Of a stretch of 64,000 bases of DNA, positions 7,530 through 15,666 are shown piece after piece. The notes under the pieces were generated by a model, which did no database searches, was not told the origin of the DNA, and saw only the letters and a program-made list of their open reading frames with translations. Source of the stretch: an uncultured Elusimicrobiaceae bacterium (GTDB lineage: Bacteria; Elusimicrobiota; Elusimicrobia; Elusimicrobiales; UBA9959); assembly GCA_964415175.1 (NCBI GenBank), contig CAYPYG010000003.1, forward strand, positions 65,586 to 129,585, given 5' to 3'. Each line of letters opens with the position of its first letter. Position 1 is the first letter of the stretch. The position numbers and the translations under genes are program-made.

Positions 7530-8741
7530 TCAGCGCGCGCGCCTGCCGCCGGCCTTGAGGAGTTCCGCCAGCAGTTTCGCCGGGTCCTTCTTTGTGCAGG
7601 CGGTTATCATCGCGGCGATGATGAAAGGCTTGTAGCCGGCTTCCTTGTAGGTGCCGATGCGGGCCTTTTCGAAGACGCTCGCGCTCACCTCGCCCGCCTT
7701 GCAGCTGACGCCGGTGATATCGGCCGGCAGGCAGTGCATGTACACGGCCTTGCCTCCCTTCGTGAGCTTCATCTTCGCCTCGTCGCATTCCCAGCTCTTG
7801 AACTTCGCGTTGTTCTCCAGGCACTCCTTCTCCAGCGCCTTGAGACCGGCCTGGTCGCCATTCTCGAGCAGCTGCGTGCGGCGCTCCATCACCTTGAACG
7901 GGGCCCAGCTCTTTGGATAGACGATGTCGGCGTCCTTGAAGGCGCTCTCCATGCTGTTCGATACCTTGAAGCTGCCGCCGGACTTTTTAGCGTGCTTCTT
8001 CGCGACCTCGATGGTGTCGGGCAGCAGGTCGTAGCCCTCGGGGTAGGCCAGCTCCACCTCCATGCCGAAGCGGCTCATCAGCGTGATGACGCCCTGCGGC
8101 ACCGAGAGCGGCTTGCCGTAACTGGGCGAGTAGGCCCAGGTCATGGCTATTTTTTTGCCCTTGAGCTTGTCGAAGCCGCCGAAATGGTTCTTGATGAACA
8201 GCAGGTCGGACATGCTCTGCGTCGGGTGGTCGAGGTCGCACTGGAGGTTGACCACGGCCGGGCGCTGGTTGAGCACGCCCTGCTTATGGCCGTCGTCGAG
8301 GGCTTCGGCGACTTCCTTCATGTAGGTGTGGCCCTTGCCGATGAACATGTCGTCGCGGATGCCGACGGCCTCGGTCAGGAAGGAGATCATGTTGGCGGTC
8401 TCGCGCACGGTCTCGCCGTGGGCTATCTGCGACTTGCCCTCGTCGAGGTCCTGCACGGCCAGTCCGAGCAGGTTGCAAGCGCTGGCGAAGGAGAAGCGGG
8501 TGCGGGTGGAGTTGTCGCGGAAGTTGGAGACGGCCAGGCCGGTCTCGAACATGCGCGCGCTGATATTGCGGGCGTGCATCTCTTTCAGTATCTCGGCGAT
8601 CTTGAGCACCGAGTGTATCTCGGCGTCGTTCTTCTGCCAGGTCAGCAGGAAGTCCTTGTGGTAGAGGTCGGCGTCGAGTTTTTTCAGCTCGGCGATGGCC
8701 TTCTCGAGGTCGAATTTCTGCGTCTTGGTGGCGGTGGGCAT
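7530..8741 (-). CDS. ygeW: YgeW-type (knotted) carbamoyltransferase
   Basis: 403 aa. There is strong recognisable similarity to E. coli YgeW along the whole length: KDFLLTW, FRDNSTRTRFSFASA, LDEGKSQIAHGETVRETANMISF, NLQCDLDHPTQSM, KKIAMTWAYSPSYGKPLSVPQG, YMHCLPADI. Confidence 0.9.
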   Translation of the reverse strand: MPTATKTQKFDLEKAIAELKKLDADLYHKDFLLTWQKNDAEIHSVLKIAEILKEMHARNISARMFETGLAVSNFRDNSTRTRFSFASACNLLGLAVQDLDEGKSQIAHGETVRETANMISFLTEAVGIRDDMFIGKGHTYMKEVAEALDDGHKQGVLNQRPAVVNLQCDLDHPTQSMSDLLFIKNHFGGFDKLKGKKIAMTWAYSPSYGKPLSVPQGVITLMSRFGMEVELAYPEGYDLLPDTIEVAKKHAKKSGGSFKVSNSMESAFKDADIVYPKSWAPFKVMERRTQLLENGDQAGLKALEKECLENNAKFKSWECDEAKMKLTKGGKAVYMHCLPADITGVSCKAGEVSASVFEKARIGTYKEAGYKPFIIAAMITACTKKDPAKLLAELLKAGGRRAR

Positions 8742-8783
8742 GTTTTTTCTCCTGAATGATATCCTTAAAAAGGCTCCTCCGTC

Positions 8784-8797
8784 GGCGCCCGGGCGCC
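8784..8797. repeat. 14-bp perfect palindrome GGCGCCCGGGCGCC in divergent intergenic region
   Basis: Self-complementary by inspection. It lies between the divergent starts at 8741 (-) and 8845 (+). Its function (operator or 5'-UTR hairpin) is unknown. Confidence 0.3.
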
Positions 8798-8810
8798 CGG
8801 ATGCTTAATG

Positions 8811-8842
8811 GATTAAATATATTGTATCGTTTTATTGTCAAG
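8811..8842 (+). promoter_or_regulatory. AT-rich promoter-like element upstream of 8845
   Basis: Sequence gattaaatatattgtatcgttttattgtcaagg has ATTGTA at 8821-8826 and ATTGTC at 8834-8839, immediately upstream of ATG 8845. It is the same motif class as 846-851, 13004-13009 and 30705-30710. Confidence 0.3.
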
Positions 8843-8844
8843 GT

Positions 8845-9516
8845 ATGCGCTTTTTAATTCTCGCGTCCATAACCATTTTCTCCTTTTACGGCTGCTCCCC
8901 CGCGACCTACCGGCTGGGACCGGACGCCCACGCGGATTTCGCCGCCCTGACCTCTCCTCTCACGGAGGGGCGGGACTATTCCGTGGAGGTCTATGACCGC
9001 GGCGCGGAGGTGACTGTCCTGGCGCCTCACGGCGGCGACCTGGAGCGCGGCACCTCGCGCCTGGCCCGGTCCGTGGCCGGCGCCGACTGGAACCTCTATA
9101 TCTTCAACGCCTGGCTGGGGCGGGGCAGCGGCCGGCTGCACCTGACCTCGGCCAATTTCGACGACCCCCGGGCCCTGGACCTGGCGGGCCGCTCCCGGCT
9201 CGCCGTCTCGCTGCACGGCCAGGCCGAGAAGGGCAGATGGGTCTGCGTCGGCGGCGCCAACGCGGAGGCCGGCCGGCTGGTGTCGGAGGCGCTGGAAAAG
9301 GCCGGTTTCAGGACGCAGTTCCCCTGCCGGCGCCTGCCCGGCCGCTCGCCCCGGAACCTGACCAACCGGGCCGCCGCCGGCGGCGTACAGCTGGAAGTCA
9401 GCCTCTCCCTCCTGCGGGAACTTGATAAAGGGGGGGAGGATTTACCAGAATTTACGCTCGCCGTCAGGAAAGGCCTGTCGGCCGCTTTAAAGAGCATCAA
9501 GGAGACTCCCAGATGA
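8845..9516 (+). CDS. Lipoprotein, poly-gamma-glutamate hydrolase-like (DUF867/PghP-like) family
   Basis: Lipobox-like signal MRFLILASITIFSFYGCS. Contains VLAPHGGDLERGTS, LAVSLHG and GGVQLEVS, motifs typical of the DUF867/PghP zinc hydrolase fold. Confidence 0.65.
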   Translation: MRFLILASITIFSFYGCSPATYRLGPDAHADFAALTSPLTEGRDYSVEVYDRGAEVTVLAPHGGDLERGTSRLARSVAGADWNLYIFNAWLGRGSGRLHLTSANFDDPRALDLAGRSRLAVSLHGQAEKGRWVCVGGANAEAGRLVSEALEKAGFRTQFPCRRLPGRSPRNLTNRAAAGGVQLEVSLSLLRELDKGGEDLPEFTLAVRKGLSAALKSIKETPR

Positions 9517-10613
9517 AAAAGATAAGGATATTCGCTTTCGGCGGCAACGAGGTGGCCCCGGTCGGCCTCAAGGACAAGGACGGCAGGACCATCAATCCCG
9601 ATATCGCCATGCAGTGGCAGCGCACCGCCGAGACCGGCAAGCTGGTGGCCGACATCTTCGAGAAACACCCCGAAGACAGGTACGTCATCACTCACGGCAA
9701 CGGCCCGCAGGTCGGCAATATCCTGCAGCGCGCCGAGATGTGCCGCCCGACGCTCTTCCCGCTGCCGCTCGACGTCTGCGTGGCCGATACGCAGGGAGCC
9801 ATGTCCTTCATGATGGCCCAGCTCAACAATGAGCTCAATATCCGCGGCATCGACAATATCCTGGCCGGCGTCGTGACGCAGGTCGTGGTCAACAAGGACG
9901 ACCCGGATTTCAAGAACCCCTCCAAGTACGTCGGCCAGTCCTATACCGCCGAGGAGGCGAAGCGGCGCCAGGCCGAGGGCTGGGTCATGAAGATGTACAA
10001 GAAGGACGCCGCCGGCAACGAGATCTGGCGCCGCGTCGTGCCCTCCCCGGCCCCGGTGGACATCGTCGAGATAGACGCCATCGAGGCCCTGCTGGAGAAG
10101 GGCATAGTGCCGATAACCGTCGGCGGCGGCGGCATCCCCGTGCGCGAGGTGCCGGTCGAGATACAGGACGGCAAAGAGGTTTACTCCACCAATTACGGCG
10201 TGAAGTTCTCCCGCCCCCACAAGGGCGGCAAGCCGCTCAAGATGTACACCGGCGTGGAGGCCGTCATCGACAAGGACCTGGCCAGCGCCCTGCTGGGCTG
10301 CATGCTGATGAAGCGCGCCAAAGCCCGCGGCGAAAAGGTCGAGGTAAGCCTGACCATCTTCACCGGCGAGGACGGCGCCAAGCTCAATTACCAGAAACCC
10401 GACGAGAAGGCGCTGCGCGTCATAAAGGTCTCGGAGCTGGAGGAGATCTACAACCGGAAGCCGGCCCCGTTCCCGCCTGGCTCGATGGGCCCCAAGATCA
10501 AGGCCGTGATAGAGTTCATCAAGAACGGCGGTTCGGTGGCCTATATCTCCAAGACCGAGCTGTTCGAGGAGACGCTCGCGGGCAAGGCCGGCACCACCGT
10601 CCTGCCGGGCTGA
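9513..10613 (+). CDS. Carbamate kinase family protein (ArcC/YqeA-like)
   Basis: Contains IFAFGGNEV, VITHGNGPQVGNIL, ITVGGGGIPV and AVIDKDLASALL. The ATG overlaps the upstream stop (ATGA at 9513-9516). It neighbours ygeW as in the E. coli ygeW-yqeA region. Confidence 0.8.
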   Translation: MKKIRIFAFGGNEVAPVGLKDKDGRTINPDIAMQWQRTAETGKLVADIFEKHPEDRYVITHGNGPQVGNILQRAEMCRPTLFPLPLDVCVADTQGAMSFMMAQLNNELNIRGIDNILAGVVTQVVVNKDDPDFKNPSKYVGQSYTAEEAKRRQAEGWVMKMYKKDAAGNEIWRRVVPSPAPVDIVEIDAIEALLEKGIVPITVGGGGIPVREVPVEIQDGKEVYSTNYGVKFSRPHKGGKPLKMYTGVEAVIDKDLASALLGCMLMKRAKARGEKVEVSLTIFTGEDGAKLNYQKPDEKALRVIKVSELEEIYNRKPAPFPPGSMGPKIKAVIEFIKNGGSVAYISKTELFEETLAGKAGTTVLPG

Positions 10614-10623
10614 GGCGCGAACG

Positions 10624-11865
10624 ATGAAAAAAATAAAAACCCTGCAGTGCATACACTGCGGCAAGGACCATAAGCTTTCGGAGACCAGGTACAACTGCGT
10701 CGCCTGCGGCGGCAACCTGCAGGTGCTCTACGATTACAACCTGGTGAAGAAGCGGCTCAACTACGAGGTCCTCAAGGAGAACTGGGACCGCAGCATCTGG
10801 CGCTACGCGGAGCTGCTGCCGCTGCCCAACCTCAAGCATATCCCGCCGGTGCAGATAGGCTGGACGCCCCTCTACAGGGCCGAGAAGCTGGGCCAGACGA
10901 TAAACGTGCCCAACCTTTTCGTGAAGGACGACGGCCGCAACCCGTCGGCCTCGTTCAAGGACCGCGCCAACGCGGTGGTGGTGGCGCGCGCGATGGACCA
11001 GAAAGAGAAGGTCATTACGACCGCTTCCACCGGCAACGCCGCCTCCTCGCTGGCCTGCCTGACAGGGAGCCTGGACATCTCTACCGTCATTTTCATGCCC
11101 GAGAACGCGCCGCCGGCCAAGATCGCGCAGGTGCTGGTCTTCGGCGCGACGGTCATCCTGGTCAGGGGCAATTACGACGACGCCTTCGACCTCTGCCTCA
11201 AGGCCAGCCGCGAGTACGGCTGGTATAACCGCAGCACCGGCTACAACCCCTTCACGCGCGAGGGCAAGAAGACCTGCGCCTTCGAGATCTGCGAACAGCT
11301 CAAGTGGGAGGTGCCGGACAAGGTCGTAGTGCCCGTCGGGGACGGCAACATCATAAGCGGCGTCTGGAAGGGCTTCGTGGAGTTCCAGAACCTGGACATC
11401 ATCGAGAAGCTGCCGCAGCTGATAGCCGTGCAGGCCGAGGGCAGCGACGCCGTCAAGCGCGCCTTCGAGTCCGGCGCCGACATACAGGCCGTGAGCGGGA
11501 AAACGCTGGCCGACAGCATCTCCGTCTGCGTGCCGCGCGACGGGCAGGCCGCCGTAGGCGCGATAAAGGATTCCGGCGGCTTCGCGGTCTCGGTCACCGA
11601 CGACGAGATCCTGGCCGCCATACCCGAGCTGGCCCGCGGCTCCAACGTTTTCGCCGAGCCCGCCGGGGCCGCCTCCTGGGCGGGCCTCAAGAAGGCCGCC
11701 GCGCAGGGCCTGGTCAAAGAGAACGAGAGCGTGGTCCTGCTGGTCACGGGCAGCGGGCTCAAGGACGTCGGCGCCGCCATGAAGTCCGTCGGCAAGCCGC
11801 ACGTGATAAAGCCCGACCTCGGCGAGCTGAAGAAGCTGGTCTCCGGGCTGAAACTGCCGGCCTGA
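10624..11865 (+). CDS. Threonine-synthase-like PLP-dependent enzyme with N-terminal zinc ribbon
   Basis: CIHCG...CVACGG zinc ribbon followed by LQVLYDY. PLP-lysine motif NPSASFKDRA and glycine loop TASTGNAASSLA. The short ThrC-type layout. Confidence 0.75.
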   Translation: MKKIKTLQCIHCGKDHKLSETRYNCVACGGNLQVLYDYNLVKKRLNYEVLKENWDRSIWRYAELLPLPNLKHIPPVQIGWTPLYRAEKLGQTINVPNLFVKDDGRNPSASFKDRANAVVVARAMDQKEKVITTASTGNAASSLACLTGSLDISTVIFMPENAPPAKIAQVLVFGATVILVRGNYDDAFDLCLKASREYGWYNRSTGYNPFTREGKKTCAFEICEQLKWEVPDKVVVPVGDGNIISGVWKGFVEFQNLDIIEKLPQLIAVQAEGSDAVKRAFESGADIQAVSGKTLADSISVCVPRDGQAAVGAIKDSGGFAVSVTDDEILAAIPELARGSNVFAEPAGAASWAGLKKAAAQGLVKENESVVLLVTGSGLKDVGAAMKSVGKPHVIKPDLGELKKLVSGLKLPA

Positions 11866-11894
11866 GGGCCGGCCGCGCGGCGGCCGGACGGAGC

Positions 11895-12968
11895 ATGACG
11901 GGAAAGAAAGAGATCTCCAAGCTCAAGATCGCGGTCACCTCGGACTGCTGTCTCTCCTGCACGCACTGTTTCATAGATAAATCGGCCGGGCTGACCGTGA
12001 AGGAGCCCGACGCGCGGCGCGCCGTGGACGCGCTTCTGGGGTCCCCCGGGAACGCCAAGAAACTGGAACTCTACGGCGGGGAAGCCCTGCTGAAACTGCC
12101 GCTGCTGGAGCGTATAACGGACTATGCCCGCGCCGCGGCCGCGCGCCGCCGCAAGAAGCTCTCGGTCTGGCTGGCCTCCAACGGTCTCACCCTCGGCCCC
12201 GGAGAACTCGGGTTCGTCCGGTCCAGGGATATCGTGCTTTCGATAAGCCTCTACGGCTCCGCCGCCTCGCACGACCGGGTCCGCCGCTTTCCCGGCGGCC
12301 GGGGAAGTTTCGAAGCGCTGGAACGGCGGCTGCCGGCGGTGTTCGCCGCGCTCGACCCCATGCGCGTGACGGCGCTGCTCTGCGTTCATCCCTCGCGCGC
12401 GGGCCTGGCCGACAGGGACCTCGCCGGCATCCTGTCCCTCGGTTTCCGGATCGTCAACATAGAGTGCGTGCACGGCGCGCCGTGGGGGACCGCGCGGCTG
12501 GCGGCTTTTTCGCGCGCCCTGGCGCGGGCGCGCTCCTCCTTCCTCGGGACCGTGCGGGCCGGCGGTTTCTATGCCTTCGAGCCCTTCATGGAGAGGGCGT
12601 CGCCGGCGCGTGCGAAGGGACCGGATTCCTGCCCTTTCCTGCGCGACCTGGAGCTTTTCCCCGACGGGCATTACTCGCTTTACCCTTTCGGTTTCGTCGA
12701 TTATCCGCGTTACGCCGCCCAGGTCAGGATCGGGACGCCGGCGGAAGGGTTCCTGGGCCGCTTCAGAGACTGCCGCCCCGGCGGGCCGGACTGTCCCTCG
12801 TGCGTGAGCCGTTACTACCGGGTGCCCGGGCTTTCCGGCGGTTCCGAGGCATATTCCCTGCGCACGGCTTTCCTGGACGCCCTGCTGCGGGAGGTGCTCG
12901 CCTCCAAAGACCCCTCCCTCCGGCGCTATTCCGGCCGGCTCGTTTCCCTGGCCGCCTCGGTCTGGTAA
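11895..12968 (+). CDS. Radical SAM protein (distant relative of the paralog family, Cys-rich tail retained)
   Basis: Start at ATG 11895 (MTGKKEISKLKIAVTSDCCLSCTHC = CxxxCxxC). Contains YGGEALL, SISLYGSAASHDRVRRF and CRPGGPDCPSC. The track ORF from 11304 is out-of-frame overlap with the ThrC-like gene. Confidence 0.75.
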   Translation: MTGKKEISKLKIAVTSDCCLSCTHCFIDKSAGLTVKEPDARRAVDALLGSPGNAKKLELYGGEALLKLPLLERITDYARAAAARRRKKLSVWLASNGLTLGPGELGFVRSRDIVLSISLYGSAASHDRVRRFPGGRGSFEALERRLPAVFAALDPMRVTALLCVHPSRAGLADRDLAGILSLGFRIVNIECVHGAPWGTARLAAFSRALARARSSFLGTVRAGGFYAFEPFMERASPARAKGPDSCPFLRDLELFPDGHYSLYPFGFVDYPRYAAQVRIGTPAEGFLGRFRDCRPGGPDCPSCVSRYYRVPGLSGGSEAYSLRTAFLDALLREVLASKDPSLRRYSGRLVSLAASVW

Positions 12969-12993
12969 AGGCGGGGCGGCGGATTGTCGCCGC

Positions 12994-13010
12994 TTATAAT
13001 TTAATTGTAT
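12994..13010 (+). promoter_or_regulatory. AT-rich promoter-like element upstream of 13072
   Basis: Sequence ttataatttaattgtat has TATAAT at 12995-13000 and ATTGTA at 13004-13009, inside a 103-nt intergenic gap. Confidence 0.25.
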
Positions 13011-13071
13011 ACTGGGGGCCGGCGGAGCGTCCGCGCGGACCGCCGCCTGAGAGCGAGGACGGGGGACGATT

Positions 13072-14106
13072 ATGAGGAACTGGATAATCCTGCTGATAAT
13101 AGCGCTGATGGCGCTCATCCTGGGTCTTCAGTACGCGGAAAAGAAGAGAACGGCCGCCACGGCCGTCCCGGGCCCGACGCAGCAAGGCGGGCCCGAGGGC
13201 GTACCCCTGCCCTCCGACACCGGCCCGGACGGCACCTTCGTCAATACCGGCGCGTACGATCCGGATAAGTCCGCCTGCGTGGGCGGCTCGGTCGGGGAGA
13301 TCCTCGGGGCCTACAATATGACCTGGGGGCCGAAATCGGGCAACCAGCCCTATTCGCTGAAAACGGCCGCCACGGAAAAACTGCAGAAAGGCCTGGCCGA
13401 TTATTTTTACTGCCGGGCTTTCGCCGCGAGGGACTCCGCGTCCTGCGAGAACCTGAACAATCTGCCGAGCGACCGGCGGAGGGACTGCCGTCTCGACCTG
13501 GCCGAGATGTTCTCCATGGCCTATTCCGCCGGTGTGTACAGCGACAATTCGTTCTGTGTCGCGAGGCTCAAGGAATCCGAGGCGGATTTCCCCTTCCTCG
13601 CCGGCAAGGACCACGCCGCGTTATGCGCGGCGGCCGCCAGGGGCTGCGAGGGGCTGCCGGCGGACGAGAAGAAGCAGTGCCTGACGCTGTTCCCCAGGTC
13701 CAAGGAGGACTGCGCCGGCGCCCGCGCTTCCTGCCTCGAATATTACGCTCTTTACCGGGCGATAAAGTCCGGCGATCCCGCCGACTGCCCCTCCAGCCAC
13801 AGCGACTCCTGCCGGCCCTTCGTGGCCAAGGCGGAGGCCGAGTGCTCCCCCCTGGCCCTCAACGTAAGCCGGTACTACTGCGCGGAACTGGAAAAGGCCC
13901 GCGACGCCTCCCCGGCTGCCATGCTGATCAGGCAGGAGGAGGCCCGGCAGAAGGACGCCGAGCGGGAGAAGGCCAAGCAGGAGGCGGCCGCGCGGCTGGC
14001 GGCCGAGCACGAAGCGGCCAAACAGGCCGAACGGGAGCGGCTCGAGCGGGAGAAACTGCTCGAGGAGATAAACAAAGAGATCCGGAAGTCGATGGGGAAA
14101 AAATAG
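13072..14106 (+). CDS. Membrane-anchored Cys-rich protein with charged coiled-coil tail (hypothetical)
   Basis: N-terminal TM or signal anchor WIILLIIALMALILGL. The ectodomain has about 16 Cys. The tail is EEARQKDAEREKAKQEAAARLAAEHEAAKQAERERLEREKLLEE. No family was recognised. Confidence 0.6.
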   Translation: MRNWIILLIIALMALILGLQYAEKKRTAATAVPGPTQQGGPEGVPLPSDTGPDGTFVNTGAYDPDKSACVGGSVGEILGAYNMTWGPKSGNQPYSLKTAATEKLQKGLADYFYCRAFAARDSASCENLNNLPSDRRRDCRLDLAEMFSMAYSAGVYSDNSFCVARLKESEADFPFLAGKDHAALCAAAARGCEGLPADEKKQCLTLFPRSKEDCAGARASCLEYYALYRAIKSGDPADCPSSHSDSCRPFVAKAEAECSPLALNVSRYYCAELEKARDASPAAMLIRQEEARQKDAEREKAKQEAAARLAAEHEAAKQAERERLEREKLLEEINKEIRKSMGKK

Positions 14107-14111
14107 TCCGC

Positions 14112-14136
14112 CGGCCCGGCGGGCGGGGCCGGGCCG
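14112..14136 (+). other. GC-rich stem-loop between 13072-14106 and P1
   Basis: CGGCCCGGC (14112-14120) / 7-nt loop / GCCGGGCCG (14128-14136) forms a 9-bp perfect stem. It is followed by TCCTTCC, with no clear U tract, so the terminator call is weak. Confidence 0.35.
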
Positions 14137-14148
14137 TCCTTCCACCCT

Positions 14149-15666
14149 ATGAAACACCCGCGAACGATACCGGAACCTTTCCTGCTTGAGGTCTTCCTGA
14201 CCAACCGGTGCAATATGGACTGCTCCTATTGCGCCTCCCGGCACATGATAACGCAGAAGACCGGCCGCGCCCTGAGCTTCGGGCAGCTCAAGGCCGCGGT
14301 GGACGTTTACGCCGCCTACGGCCGCGACGGCGGCGGGCCCCGCCGCGTTTCCGTGACGGGCGGGGAGCCTCTGCTGGAATTCGATACTCTTAAGCGCTTC
14401 GTCCGCTACGTCAGGCGCCGGTATCCCGGTTTCGAGATCAAGGTCGTGACCAATGCCACGCTGCTGGACAGGGAGAAAGCGGAGTTCTTCTTCGAGAACG
14501 ATGTCTTCCTCGTGATAAGCCTCGACGGCTGCCGGGAGGAGCACGACAGGCACCGCGTCTTCGGGGACGGCGCCGGACGCTCCGCCTTCGACGCCGTCCT
14601 GCGCAATCTCCGGCGCCTGCCGGCCGGGATGCGCCGCTCCGGCAACTTCTGCGTCTCCACGGTCATAACCTCCGAGACCGTCGCCTCTCTGCCCAGGACG
14701 CTGCGCTTCTTCGAGGAACTGGGGTTCCGCCAGGTCGCGCTCGGCTTCGACGAGTACGAGATGTGGAAGCCGGACGGGATACGCCGCCTGGAGAGAGCGC
14801 TAGCGGAGATAAAGGAGCGCCATTTCCGCGGGATAGTCGAGAGCGGCGACCTCGACGACCTCATCTGCTTCTCTTTCGTCGCCAGCTACCGGCTGGAAAG
14901 CCAGCGCCTGCTCTCGGATTATTTCGACGTTTTCTGCCGCGAGGTCACGCTGATGTTCGACGGGTACTTCTATCCCGGCGAGGCGGTCTTCGGCATGTCG
15001 GGGGAGGAGAAGTACAGGATAGGGACCCCGCGGACCGGGATAGACTTCGGCCGGGTCCGGGAGATCTATTCCGAGGCTTTCCCGGTCATACGGCGCTACG
15101 GGGAGAACGTGGGCGTGATCTGGCCGGTCAGCAGGTACTTCCACGCCGCCAACCGCGGCGTCGATCCGGACGCGATGATCGGGAACGCCGTGAGCGTCAA
15201 CGCCGCTTTCGACCGGGTCTTCGGCCCCTATTGGCGCATACAGAAGGTGCTGCTGCTGCTTAAGTCCGACGCGGCTTTCGGCGATTTCGCGCATCGCCCG
15301 AAGTATCTGGCGGGCAGGGAGACCGGCAGGCTGCGGCTCGCCGTATCCGGGATATCCGGACTCGCGGGCCTGCGGGCCGCGACCGACTATTTCCTGTATT
15401 CGCCCGGGAAGAAAAAGTCGCTGGTCCTGGAGGCCGTTGATCCCTCCGCCAGGACCCTGGACGCGGCGGAGGGGATGATTCTCTATTCGGTCATGAAGGC
15501 CCGTTCCCTTGGAAAAAAACTGGAACTGACGCTGGAGGCCGATGCGTCCTGCCTCGATGCCGGACGTTGGCGTTACCTGACCGAGCACGGCGTCAGGATC
15601 GGTATCAAGACTTCGGTAAAGAGCGCGCCCCGGAGATCACAGAACCCGCGGTGCCGCGTCTTATGA
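14149..15666 (+). CDS. Radical SAM paralog P1 (anSME/SPASM-type core, novel C-terminal domain)
   Basis: LLEVFLTNRCNMDCSYCAS; TGGEPLLEF; SLDGCREEHDRHRVF; FGDFAHRPKY; FLYSPGKKKSLVL; MKARSLGKKLEL. Confidence 0.85.
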   Translation: MKHPRTIPEPFLLEVFLTNRCNMDCSYCASRHMITQKTGRALSFGQLKAAVDVYAAYGRDGGGPRRVSVTGGEPLLEFDTLKRFVRYVRRRYPGFEIKVVTNATLLDREKAEFFFENDVFLVISLDGCREEHDRHRVFGDGAGRSAFDAVLRNLRRLPAGMRRSGNFCVSTVITSETVASLPRTLRFFEELGFRQVALGFDEYEMWKPDGIRRLERALAEIKERHFRGIVESGDLDDLICFSFVASYRLESQRLLSDYFDVFCREVTLMFDGYFYPGEAVFGMSGEEKYRIGTPRTGIDFGRVREIYSEAFPVIRRYGENVGVIWPVSRYFHAANRGVDPDAMIGNAVSVNAAFDRVFGPYWRIQKVLLLLKSDAAFGDFAHRPKYLAGRETGRLRLAVSGISGLAGLRAATDYFLYSPGKKKSLVLEAVDPSARTLDAAEGMILYSVMKARSLGKKLELTLEADASCLDAGRWRYLTEHGVRIGIKTSVKSAPRRSQNPRCRVL

